A model generated the notes under the pieces. It saw only the letters and a list, made by a program, of their open reading frames with translations. It had not been told where the DNA came from and searched no databases. Positions 48,553 through 57,048 of a DNA stretch of 64,000 bases are shown piece after piece. The stretch comes from Candidatus Eiseniibacteriota bacterium (GTDB lineage: Bacteria > Eisenbacteria > RBG-16-71-46 > SZUA-252). Made by a program: the position numbers and the translations under genes. Within the stretch, counting starts at the first letter, position 1. Each line of letters begins with the position of its first letter. The stretch is taken from positions 1,728,001-1,792,000 of the forward strand of contig OY969801.1 of the NCBI GenBank assembly GCA_963703225.1, given 5' to 3'.

Positions 48553-51528
48553 CTAGAAATTGTCGAGCCGCTCTTTTTCGATGAACACCGCGAGTCGATC
48601 TGTCTTGCTTCCGACACCATCGACATCGACCCGATAGATATAGACGCCGCTCGCGACTGGCAAATTCCCGTCCGTATTCAGATTCCATATGATCTCGGCC
48701 TTGGACATCTCATCCGCCGTGGTCGGGACCCGCGAGATGGTCCGGACCAAGTCACCGCCCATATTGAAGATCCGAATCGTCACCTTCTTCGAGGCGGGAA
48801 TATTCGTAAATTTCATCACCCGGTCGAACTGGTTCAGCTCGTAGGCCGAGTGCGCGTAATACGGGTTCGGGACCGCCAGTATCTTCTTGACGTCGTTGCC
48901 GACGACGGTCCCAGGCGCGGCGCCGACGGGCACGAGCCGGAATTCGAACACGTCCGTCGGGTAAAAGCGCCCTCCTCGGATCCTGATTCTCCCCGGAGGA
49001 GGAAGGGGATTGTTGTGCGTATAGCTCGTATCCCCCTCCTGGAATCCGAACCGTCCGAGGGTCTGGTCATCGTCGAGAGGATCGACGTCGGTGGAGAGAA
49101 GCCCCGGCGTCCCCCACGGCACGCCCGCATAGGCGAAATCCCGGAAGTAAAGCCGATCGCCCCACGTCCACGAGCCGCTCCCGTCATCGTCGCGGATCAT
49201 CGCCGTCACCTTCACGTCGTCCGAGGGGTCGGCGTACGTGTTGGCGCCCAGATCCCAGACCTCGAACGGGCATTTGTAGGTCGCCTGGAGGGATGGATCG
49301 CCGAAGTTGTACTCCCAGCAGAATTCCGTCGTGTCCGGGAGGATCCTGATCTCGTAGTCGTGGAAGACCCCGTCGGCGAAGTTGAAGCCGTCGAGCCCCG
49401 CCCCGATCTCGTTGTCGAGGAAGTAGACTCCAGCCGAATCGGGATTCCCGTTGGAGAGATCCAGCGAGTCGCCGCTCGCCAGGTGCTGGAACATGGACGA
49501 GGGCTTCGTCGAGATGACGCGCGGCATGAACCCGTTGACGATGGGGTAGTCAAAATCTCCGCTCTGGTTTGTCTGCCCGGTCACCAGCGTGTCCCCCGAC
49601 CCCGCGTACGAGACCGTCCAGCTCTCGTCGTCGGCAAAGTTGACGCGATAGAGAGAGTCGGCCAGCGCATTCAGCTGGAGCTGCTCCACGACCACCCGGT
49701 TCCCCACGCGGTCGCCGGCCGTTTGGGTGGCCTCCACGGTCTGCACCGCGTTGCTGCCTTTCGGCGAGGCGGTCACGATCTTGAAACCACTCTCGAGGAC
49801 ATCCGCGATCGTCCCGACCGGATTGAGCCCGACGAAGTAGGTCGAGGTGTTGTCCACGTCGAACGAGTAGGCGGTGACCGCGAAATAGTAATCCTTATTG
49901 TTGACGAGCTTCCCGCCGCTGAATGCGTCGGTGGTGATGTCGCGCGAGAATTGAAGCCCGGTGTTCTCCCCCGCAATCACCAGGGTCCTCTCCACCACGC
50001 CCTTTTGGGAATTGAAGAGGTCCGTGTAGATCAGGCTGACCGAGTCGTCCTCGTCAATCGTGGCGATCACCTTGGGCGGGACCTGCGTGTTGTTGGACGC
50101 GAGCTGCCAGATGCGGAAGCCCTCGAAGTGGAAATCCTGCCCCAGGCTCGCGTTTGGGGAGTTGGTGCCGACCGGCTCGTTGCCCCAAATCAGCCGGATG
50201 CCCCGGTCCAATGGGTGCACGAACACGCTCGGATTCGGCGGCGGCGAGGGGATGTCGAAGTTGAGGTCGAATACGAGCTGAGCCGCGGCGTCCTTGCTCT
50301 TGAGGTCGGTGATCGAGGCAAGACGATTCGGTCCCTGCCCGATGATCACGGCGCAGACCACCTCCTGAGTATCGCCGGGAGCCATCGTGAACGGTCCTGA
50401 CGAGAGCTGCATGCGGCGGTCGTCGGGCGTCCCATCGAGCCACCCCGTCCCGGCCACCGGGTCGCCCGAGAACTGGAACGTCGTGACCGGCTGGAATGGG
50501 TCGTCGTTCTCGTGCACCGCCGAGCCGTTTCGGTGGAGGCCCTGCATGAGGTTGTAGGCCTCCGCCGCGCTGGTGGGATCCTGGCCGTTGATGTACTTGT
50601 TGAACGAGGTCATGCCCAGGGTGTCGATCGCAACCCCCAGGGAGTCGAAGACAATCGGCCCGCGGAAGAAGTCGAATCCAATGGCCGGGGGAGCCGATCC
50701 GTAGACCGCGTCGTTGTTGGTCTCGTTGTAGCAGTAGCCGAGACTCAGCGTCGTATCGCATCCCACGAGGTCGTCCGACGCGTCTCCCAGGTCGGGATCG
50801 GCCCAGATGGAGATGTAGGTACTGTCGAGCCGGTTTCCGCCCTTATTGATGAGGCGGAACTTGATGAAGATGATGTTTCCGAGCGCGCCGCCTCGATTGT
50901 ACGCAAACGTCGTCTGCTGGATTTCGAGACCGAGGGGCTTGGTCCGGCCGGCGCTGCTGTTCGTATGCCGCCCGGGGTCGGCGTCGTTGTAGGAGCTCCA
51001 GAGAGTGACGTCTCCCATTAGAAGCGGATTGCCCAGACTGTCCAGCGGCGCCCCCTGACCGTAGGGCGGGTCCAAACTCGGCCAATTCAGGTAGTCGCTG
51101 CTCGTGGTGTTGCCCGCCTCGAGCCGGTAGTTCTTGAACGCCGGCTGATCCACCTGGAAGGTCCCGTTCAGCATCGGGCCGGGCGCGTACTCCTGCGAGT
51201 ACTCCGCGACGCAGGTCCGGACCGTGTCGTTGACCTGGGCTCCAACCCACATGCCCGCCGCGAAGAGCGCCGTCTTCGTGGTGCCTTTGGGGAACCGGAG
51301 GCCCGGCTCGCTCGTGCTCAGATCCCAGCCAAATGACCCGTGGTTGGTCACGAACATGTCCAGATTGTTCGCGTCCATCCGGCCGCTGTTGTCCGAGGAA
51401 GCCGCGGCCCGATGCCACGACGGCTTGCGCGGGTGCGCCGCGCTCCTCGTGGGGGCGGCCATCGCCGCGGGAATCTGGAACGCCATCAGGAATAGCGCCA
51501 GGATCCCGATCTTCTCAAATGTGCGCAT
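48553..51528 (-). CDS. Large exported acidic protein with T9SS-type/FlgD-like C-terminal domain
   Basis: Signal peptide; ADPDLGD..DD.VG, FEGFRI, YYFAVTAY; VPNPYY...TIRIFN..GDLVRTI...WNL......VASGVYIY. Confidence 0.85.
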   Translation of the reverse strand: MRTFEKIGILALFLMAFQIPAAMAAPTRSAAHPRKPSWHRAAASSDNSGRMDANNLDMFVTNHGSFGWDLSTSEPGLRFPKGTTKTALFAAGMWVGAQVNDTVRTCVAEYSQEYAPGPMLNGTFQVDQPAFKNYRLEAGNTTSSDYLNWPSLDPPYGQGAPLDSLGNPLLMGDVTLWSSYNDADPGRHTNSSAGRTKPLGLEIQQTTFAYNRGGALGNIIFIKFRLINKGGNRLDSTYISIWADPDLGDASDDLVGCDTTLSLGYCYNETNNDAVYGSAPPAIGFDFFRGPIVFDSLGVAIDTLGMTSFNKYINGQDPTSAAEAYNLMQGLHRNGSAVHENDDPFQPVTTFQFSGDPVAGTGWLDGTPDDRRMQLSSGPFTMAPGDTQEVVCAVIIGQGPNRLASITDLKSKDAAAQLVFDLNFDIPSPPPNPSVFVHPLDRGIRLIWGNEPVGTNSPNASLGQDFHFEGFRIWQLASNNTQVPPKVIATIDEDDSVSLIYTDLFNSQKGVVERTLVIAGENTGLQFSRDITTDAFSGGKLVNNKDYYFAVTAYSFDVDNTSTYFVGLNPVGTIADVLESGFKIVTASPKGSNAVQTVEATQTAGDRVGNRVVVEQLQLNALADSLYRVNFADDESWTVSYAGSGDTLVTGQTNQSGDFDYPIVNGFMPRVISTKPSSMFQHLASGDSLDLSNGNPDSAGVYFLDNEIGAGLDGFNFADGVFHDYEIRILPDTTEFCWEYNFGDPSLQATYKCPFEVWDLGANTYADPSDDVKVTAMIRDDDGSGSWTWGDRLYFRDFAYAGVPWGTPGLLSTDVDPLDDDQTLGRFGFQEGDTSYTHNNPLPPPGRIRIRGGRFYPTDVFEFRLVPVGAAPGTVVGNDVKKILAVPNPYYAHSAYELNQFDRVMKFTNIPASKKVTIRIFNMGGDLVRTISRVPTTADEMSKAEIIWNLNTDGNLPVASGVYIYRVDVDGVGSKTDRLAVFIEKERLDNF

Positions 51529-51571
51529 CCGCAAGGCCCTCCCTAGCCATGGAAGCCGCTGGTCATTCCTC

Positions 51572-54517
51572 TCAAAAGCTCAACCGTGCGCCGAACCGCA
51601 CCATCCGTGGATTTCCGAACGTGTCCGGATTGAGTTCGGCGAGGTGGTAGCGCTCGGCCGCGCCGGACCCGTTGTCGGCGAGAAACTTCTGACCGGCGTC
51701 GGTCGACAGATAGTTCGTGGTTTCCGCGCTGCCTGTGCCGGAGTAGACGGCGTAGACGTTCTTCTGATTGAACAAGTTCATGACCCAGACATAGAGCTCC
51801 ATGTTCTCGCGGGCGATGGGAATCGTCTTCCCGGCCTTCATGTCGACCGTGAGCGTCCACGGCCCGTACCGGGAATTGATTTCCCCTGTCGGGGTCGGAA
51901 ACACGGCGCCGAGCGTCACGGCGTTGTAGACCTTGGTCGGTGTGTATGGCAAGCCGCTACCCGCATTCAGGAGCACGTTCAGCCCCGAATTCTGCAGCCA
52001 GCGCTTCCCGCCCCAGGCCGGACCCTCCGACGCACCCAGCCGGTAATCGAAATTGAACGAGAACCGATGACGCTGGTCGAAGGCGAGCGGCGACGCCAGC
52101 TTGGGCGTCTCCTGCGCGGTCCACGCGATCGTTCGCTGAGACTGCGAAATCGAGCCGGTCCCGCGCGCCGACGAAAGGGTGTAGGAGGCATTGACGGCGA
52201 CATGGCTCGTCCGCCGGAGGGTGTACCCGAGCTCGATGCCTTTGATCGTGGCGAAGTCGCGGTTCTGGTAAGAGGAAAACGCGTTCGGGCTGGACCGGAT
52301 GGTGGTGATCTCGACGAGATCCTTGACGTCCTTGTAGTAGGCGGCCACCTCGACCCGCGACCGATCGGTCGGAGTGTGCGTGATTCCCAACTCGTAGGCG
52401 GTGGTCTGCTCCGGCTTCAAGTTCGGGTTTCCAAACCCGACAAAGTAGCCCCCGGTGTTGATCTTGTGCTCGAGGAACGCGTAGCTCACGTACAGGTCTT
52501 GGAGATTGGGCTGTTGGAAGAATTTCCCGTAGTTGACATGGAGGAGAGTCCGATCGGACACGGGGAAGCCCACACCCAGCCGCGGACTCAGCCTCTGGTA
52601 GACCTTCGACTCTTCCAAATCCTGCGGCCCGAGCGCGCTTGGATCATTCAGGCTGTCGCCGGTTTCCGGTCCCAACGGGAATGATTCGCTCCGGAGCGAG
52701 TTTGTGGACGGCGTGAGATAGTCCCAGCGGAGGCCGGCGTTCAGCACCAATCCCAGCTGCTCGTATTTGCCCTGGACGTAGAGAGAGGCCACCTTCGGGT
52801 GCTTCGGCCCATCCAGCGGGTCGTCGTAGATCCCGTTCCCGTTGGTATCCTGATAGGCCTCTCCCGAATCCCGGCTCCCATTGCCGTTGGTGTCGGTGAA
52901 GGTGTCGCCCCCGCTGACCTCGTTCCCCAGCGCGTCGAAGCCGTAGTGGTCGACGTCGAGGACGTTGTCAGGGTTCCCCGCCGCGTCGTAAGCCTGAGTC
53001 GGCGCATAGTTGTCGTAGTAGCGCAGCGTGTGCCGCTGATAGTCCCCGCCGAACTTGAGCTGCATGCTGTGCGACACCTGGCTCGCGTAGTTCGCGGCCA
53101 CGCCGTAGTACGATGATTTCCGATGGAGCAAGTCGGCGAAGACGTGAGCTTCATCCGCCGCCGTCGATGGATCGTCGCCGTCCCAGAAGAGGGCTTCCGG
53201 ACCAAAGGTAGGGTTGCCATTCGGTCTGGAGTAGGCCTGCAGATCGTCGAAGTAGAGGCCGTCACCCCGGGTGCGCTCCGTCGAGAAGATGTTCGCCTTG
53301 ATCTCGTAGTACGTCCGGTCGGAAATGCTGTGATTCCACATGCCCGAAGCGGACCAATTCTTATCCTCGTACCGCGGCGTATGCGGCAGGTTGAAGTGAT
53401 ACGTGTTCAGATACTGGTGCCACTTATCGTCGTTGTACGTTCCGGCGATGCGGAGGGTCTGGAGCGGAGACGGCCGGAAGGCAATCTTCCCGGCGGTCGC
53501 CCAGGACTTGGTGCCGTTCTCGGGCAGCACGCCATCCACGAAGAGGTCGGGTTGGCTCGGGTCGCCGAGTTGGTCCGTGATGAAGCTCGGCTTGCGATCG
53601 TCGGCATTTTGGTATTCGCCCGACAGATAGAACGTCACCTTCTTCGACTTGCGGGTGAGCGGACCGCCGAGAGCTCCCGAAAGGATCTTATAGGCCTGCC
53701 CGTGCTGGAGGTAGTCCCCCAGAATCCCCTCGACCGTCCCGGAGTAGCTGTCCCCTCCCTCTCGGGTCACCACATTGACGATCCCCGAATTGATCCGTCC
53801 ATATTCGGCGTTGTACCCGCCTGCTTGGACGACGACCTCGTCGATCGCCTCCGAGGCGATGGTGGTCGTCGAGAATCCGGTGAGCGGATCCTGCTGCGAG
53901 AACCCGTCGACGTAGTAGGCCACTTCGTTGGGACGGCCACCCCGAACGATGAGGGTATTGGAGTTTTGAATTTCCGTCCCGTTGCTGGTCTGATTCAAGT
54001 TGTTGAGGTTGAAGGAGACGACGCCCGACTGCTGCGCGACGGCGTCCTGATAGCCGCGCAGAGGCTGGTTTCGTATCTCCTCCCCAGCAAGAAACTTCGT
54101 CGTTCCGGTTACGTCCTTCTGGATCAGCGGCCGCTCCGCCGTAATCTCCACGGGCGCGACGTCCTTGAGGACCGTTGGCTCCATGGTCAGCTCGAGCTTG
54201 GTCGTAAAATCGGGGAAGACCTCGATCCCCTCCCGCACCTGCGGGACGTAGCCAAGGAGGGCGACCCGCACCGTGTACTTTCCGGGGGGGAGGTTGAGGA
54301 TGAAGTAATGGCCCTGGGCGTCGGTCGTCGCCCCGCGCTTCAGCTCGGGGATCGTGACCGTCGCAAGCCCGACCGGCTCGTTGGTCGCGCTGTCCAAGAT
54401 CGTGCCGCTGATCCCTCCGGTCGTGCCCGCCCAGGTCGTGCTTGGAAAAACAAAAAGGGCGCTCGCCACGATCAACGTGACGACGCCCAGCCCCCGCCGC
54501 ATCCGAGGTCGCGTCAT
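51572..54517 (-). CDS. TonB-dependent receptor with N-terminal carboxypeptidase-regulatory-like domain
   Basis: GTTG.ISG.I.D..T.EP, plug RGGR..EV.Y.VDG, GGYNAEYG..SG.VN, SPRLG, GNPNLKPE.T..YELG, C-terminal F. Confidence 0.93.
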   Translation of the reverse strand: MTRPRMRRGLGVVTLIVASALFVFPSTTWAGTTGGISGTILDSATNEPVGLATVTIPELKRGATTDAQGHYFILNLPPGKYTVRVALLGYVPQVREGIEVFPDFTTKLELTMEPTVLKDVAPVEITAERPLIQKDVTGTTKFLAGEEIRNQPLRGYQDAVAQQSGVVSFNLNNLNQTSNGTEIQNSNTLIVRGGRPNEVAYYVDGFSQQDPLTGFSTTTIASEAIDEVVVQAGGYNAEYGRINSGIVNVVTREGGDSYSGTVEGILGDYLQHGQAYKILSGALGGPLTRKSKKVTFYLSGEYQNADDRKPSFITDQLGDPSQPDLFVDGVLPENGTKSWATAGKIAFRPSPLQTLRIAGTYNDDKWHQYLNTYHFNLPHTPRYEDKNWSASGMWNHSISDRTYYEIKANIFSTERTRGDGLYFDDLQAYSRPNGNPTFGPEALFWDGDDPSTAADEAHVFADLLHRKSSYYGVAANYASQVSHSMQLKFGGDYQRHTLRYYDNYAPTQAYDAAGNPDNVLDVDHYGFDALGNEVSGGDTFTDTNGNGSRDSGEAYQDTNGNGIYDDPLDGPKHPKVASLYVQGKYEQLGLVLNAGLRWDYLTPSTNSLRSESFPLGPETGDSLNDPSALGPQDLEESKVYQRLSPRLGVGFPVSDRTLLHVNYGKFFQQPNLQDLYVSYAFLEHKINTGGYFVGFGNPNLKPEQTTAYELGITHTPTDRSRVEVAAYYKDVKDLVEITTIRSSPNAFSSYQNRDFATIKGIELGYTLRRTSHVAVNASYTLSSARGTGSISQSQRTIAWTAQETPKLASPLAFDQRHRFSFNFDYRLGASEGPAWGGKRWLQNSGLNVLLNAGSGLPYTPTKVYNAVTLGAVFPTPTGEINSRYGPWTLTVDMKAGKTIPIARENMELYVWVMNLFNQKNVYAVYSGTGSAETTNYLSTDAGQKFLADNGSGAAERYHLAELNPDTFGNPRMVRFGARLSF

Positions 54518-54761
54518 GACTCGCCCTCCCGCTTTCTGCTGTGGAAGCGCCATCCGAGGGTCACCCAATCCCTGAGTGGTCGTGCCCTGGCCCACCATCC
54601 CCACCCAACCGGTCCAACGGGCCCCGGTTCTGCCGACCCATCCTTAGGGTCCCTCTATCGGCTGCTCTCCACGCGTTCCGGCTTTATTTTTTTATGCGTC
54701 CCCCCTCACTTGGTCCACGCACCGGCGGGCCCTTGAGCCCGCCACCTTGCTTCACCCCTCA

Positions 54762-54790
54762 AGTTGAGAACCGACAAAATCCGAAGTCAA
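54762..54790 (-). promoter_or_regulatory. Candidate promoter of the TBDR operon
   Basis: TTGACT-17 nt-TCAACT (imperfect -10) with A-rich upstream element. Confidence 0.35.
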
Positions 54791-54803
54791 GTGTTTTTTA
54801 CAC

Positions 54804-54842
54804 AAAAAAAGGGCCGCCACGAAGAATTACCATGGCGGCCCT
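54804..54842 (-). terminator. Intrinsic terminator after the porin-like gene
   Basis: AGGGCCGCCA/TGGCGGCCCT stem followed by T7 on the minus strand. Confidence 0.85.
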
Positions 54843-54884
54843 AACTGATTCTGACGCCTAAACTTAGCTGCCAGATCCCTCCGT

Positions 54885-56237
54885 TTAGAAGTGGTACGTG
54901 CCCGAAACGCGGGTGAACGGCGTCGCCGGGTCACCCGAGAGGATCCAACCGCCAGAAAGCGGGAATGCCTCGTTCAGCGTCATGTCGATGTCGAGGTTGT
55001 TCCAGCGGATCCCCGTGCCAAGGCTGAACTGAAAGTCCGAGCCCTTGTCCGTGGTCTTGACGGTGATCGGCGTCGCGAGGTAGTTGGTCTCCTCCGTGTG
55101 GAAATTGTCCATGGACTTGGTCGCACCCAACCGGACCTTCAGCCACCGCGTGGCGTCTGTCTCGAGCGAGGCGAAGAAGAGCGGCAGCAGGGTCAATTTG
55201 ACCTCGCTGGTCTTGGTATCCGCGCTCGGGGGCAAGGCCACACCGGCGGCGTCCAAGTTGGCGTCGGTGCGCTCGAACGAGGCCTTCTGCTCCCAGGCTG
55301 AAACGCCAAAGATGAGCAGGTTGTTGTCGTTCACCCGCATGTTGTGCGAGATCCCGAGTCCATAGTTCTTGTAGGTTTCGTCGGCGGAACGGGTGCCAAG
55401 TCCTGCGACGCCGGTTACCTCGTAGCTGAGATCATCATTCACATACCAGACCGCCGGAACCCATGTCGCGCGGTCTCCCTGATGGAGAAAGGCGCGAGCC
55501 GCGACGGCATACGACATGTTCCCCGAGTCCTTCCACTGCTCGCCCGCATCGACGACCGGCGCCACGCTCGTGGCCGTCGTGCTTCTGTCGAGAGAATAAC
55601 TGCGGATGGTCACGGCGGCTTCCACACGGTTGTCATTCGACAGGTGGAGAGCGACGGCGGGCGTGATGCCCAACGTGTTGATCTCGGTGCCCGTTCCGAC
55701 GATGGCGTTTTGTCCAAACACCGCGCCGAACGGATACGGATCGCCGAACGCGAAGCCCGACCCGCGCATCTCAGCGTGGGTGGGACCCGCGTTGTCGTCG
55801 TACTCGAACGAGGAGTTGGTCGCGTCGAGGCGGACGGCCACGTCCAACTTCGACAGGGCCGTGCCCCAGATCAGGTCAATCTGCTCGTGGTTCAGGTTGT
55901 TCGGGAACGTCGAGTTGAGCGCGTTCTGCTTCATCTGATAGGCGATGGAGCCGAACTTGGGGAAATTCTTGACGATGGTGAGGCTTTGGTCTGCGAACGT
56001 CACCGGGTCCACCGCCCCGCCGGGATTGTTCCCCACCTCGGCAAGGACGAGGTTGTTCTGACGGACGACCGACGTCGGGAAATAATACATGTTGGCGTAG
56101 TCATCCGTGAACTGGCTGAGGACGGGCGTGCCCAGCCCCATGCCTTCCACGCGCGACAACGAAGCCTGGCCCACACCCGCCGACACGACGAGGAGAGCCA
56201 CCACACCGAAAACTACAATCAGCTTGCGCTGAAACAT
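54885..56237 (-). CDS. Porin-like outer-membrane beta-barrel protein
   Basis: Signal peptide, amphipathic beta strands, C-terminal VSGTYHF; AAGGAGG RBS; own promoter and terminator. Confidence 0.8.
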   Translation of the reverse strand: MFQRKLIVVFGVVALLVVSAGVGQASLSRVEGMGLGTPVLSQFTDDYANMYYFPTSVVRQNNLVLAEVGNNPGGAVDPVTFADQSLTIVKNFPKFGSIAYQMKQNALNSTFPNNLNHEQIDLIWGTALSKLDVAVRLDATNSSFEYDDNAGPTHAEMRGSGFAFGDPYPFGAVFGQNAIVGTGTEINTLGITPAVALHLSNDNRVEAAVTIRSYSLDRSTTATSVAPVVDAGEQWKDSGNMSYAVAARAFLHQGDRATWVPAVWYVNDDLSYEVTGVAGLGTRSADETYKNYGLGISHNMRVNDNNLLIFGVSAWEQKASFERTDANLDAAGVALPPSADTKTSEVKLTLLPLFFASLETDATRWLKVRLGATKSMDNFHTEETNYLATPITVKTTDKGSDFQFSLGTGIRWNNLDIDMTLNEAFPLSGGWILSGDPATPFTRVSGTYHF

Positions 56238-56472
56238 CTGGTTTCGCCTCCTTGTTTGGGACCCTAGACCATCCAGGGTCTATTGCCCGGGTCGTTCACA
56301 CGCTGAGGGACAGCGACCCGAGGAGATCCGAGAGAGCAGTTCCTGCTCGTTGGACCTTTGCACTCCACCCCCTTTCGGTTGAATTCCTGATCTGAACCAA
56401 TCGCTCAAGGCCAAGCCGCTCAACCCGTTTCGCCGTAACCACGGCGAAAATCGGCCCCCAAAATTCCGGCGC

Positions 56473-56502
56473 ACCATAGTCGCCGGCTCCAGCGCCTGTC
56501 AA
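56473..56502 (-). promoter_or_regulatory. Sigma70-type promoter of the porin-like gene
   Basis: TTGACA-18 nt-TATGGT with AT-rich upstream sequence. Confidence 0.65.
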
Positions 56503-56547
56503 ACGAAAATTTGTGTCCAATTGGGTAAGATGTTGAGCTGCAGTAGC

Positions 56548-57048
56548 TTATTGGCCTTGGTCTGCCGGGGCTCCCGAGCGCGGCCCCGCGAGGCAACGGG
56601 AGCAAAGCCCCCGGATCCGGAGCGCGAACTCCTCCGGCGTAAACGCAGCCCTGCGAGCCACCTCCGCCAGGGCCCGCGTGAGAGCCGCGTCGGAGACCTC
56701 CTGAACCGAGCCGCACCGGCGGCAGACCAGGTGGTGGTGGGGGTCGTTTGGGCGGGCCAGCTCGTAGTGAAGGGTCCCCTCCACGAGTTGGACGCGGCGC
56801 AGGATCCCGCCCCCCTGAAGCAATGCGAGCGTCCGGTAAATCGTGGCTCTGGAGAGCCGACGCCCCTGGCCCTTCAGGCGCAATCGGAGCGTCTCTGCGT
56901 CGAAGTGCCCGGGTGCCTGCACGATAGCCTGTACGATCAGCCGCCGCGGCTCCGTGACCCGGAGCTTGTGCGCGGCCAAGAATTCGGACCAGCGCTGGAG
57001 CGCGCTAGGGCGCTCACTGGGATTGGGTGCGATTGAGGTCAAGCTCAT
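56548..57048 (-). CDS. Fur-family transcriptional regulator (Fur/Zur/PerR)
   Basis: LRVTEPR, H..AE, SRATIYRTL, HHHLVCRRCG, GLCSRC. Confidence 0.92.
   Translation of the reverse strand: MSLTSIAPNPSERPSALQRWSEFLAAHKLRVTEPRRLIVQAIVQAPGHFDAETLRLRLKGQGRRLSRATIYRTLALLQGGGILRRVQLVEGTLHYELARPNDPHHHLVCRRCGSVQEVSDAALTRALAEVARRAAFTPEEFALRIRGLCSRCLAGPRSGAPADQGQ

Noticed and set aside
56330..56470. c-di-AMP (ydaO) or c-di-GMP-I riboswitch in the porin leader
   Set aside because: Only fragments resemble them (TTTTGGGG plus hairpin; GAAA...GCAAAG); required flanking conserved motifs are missing
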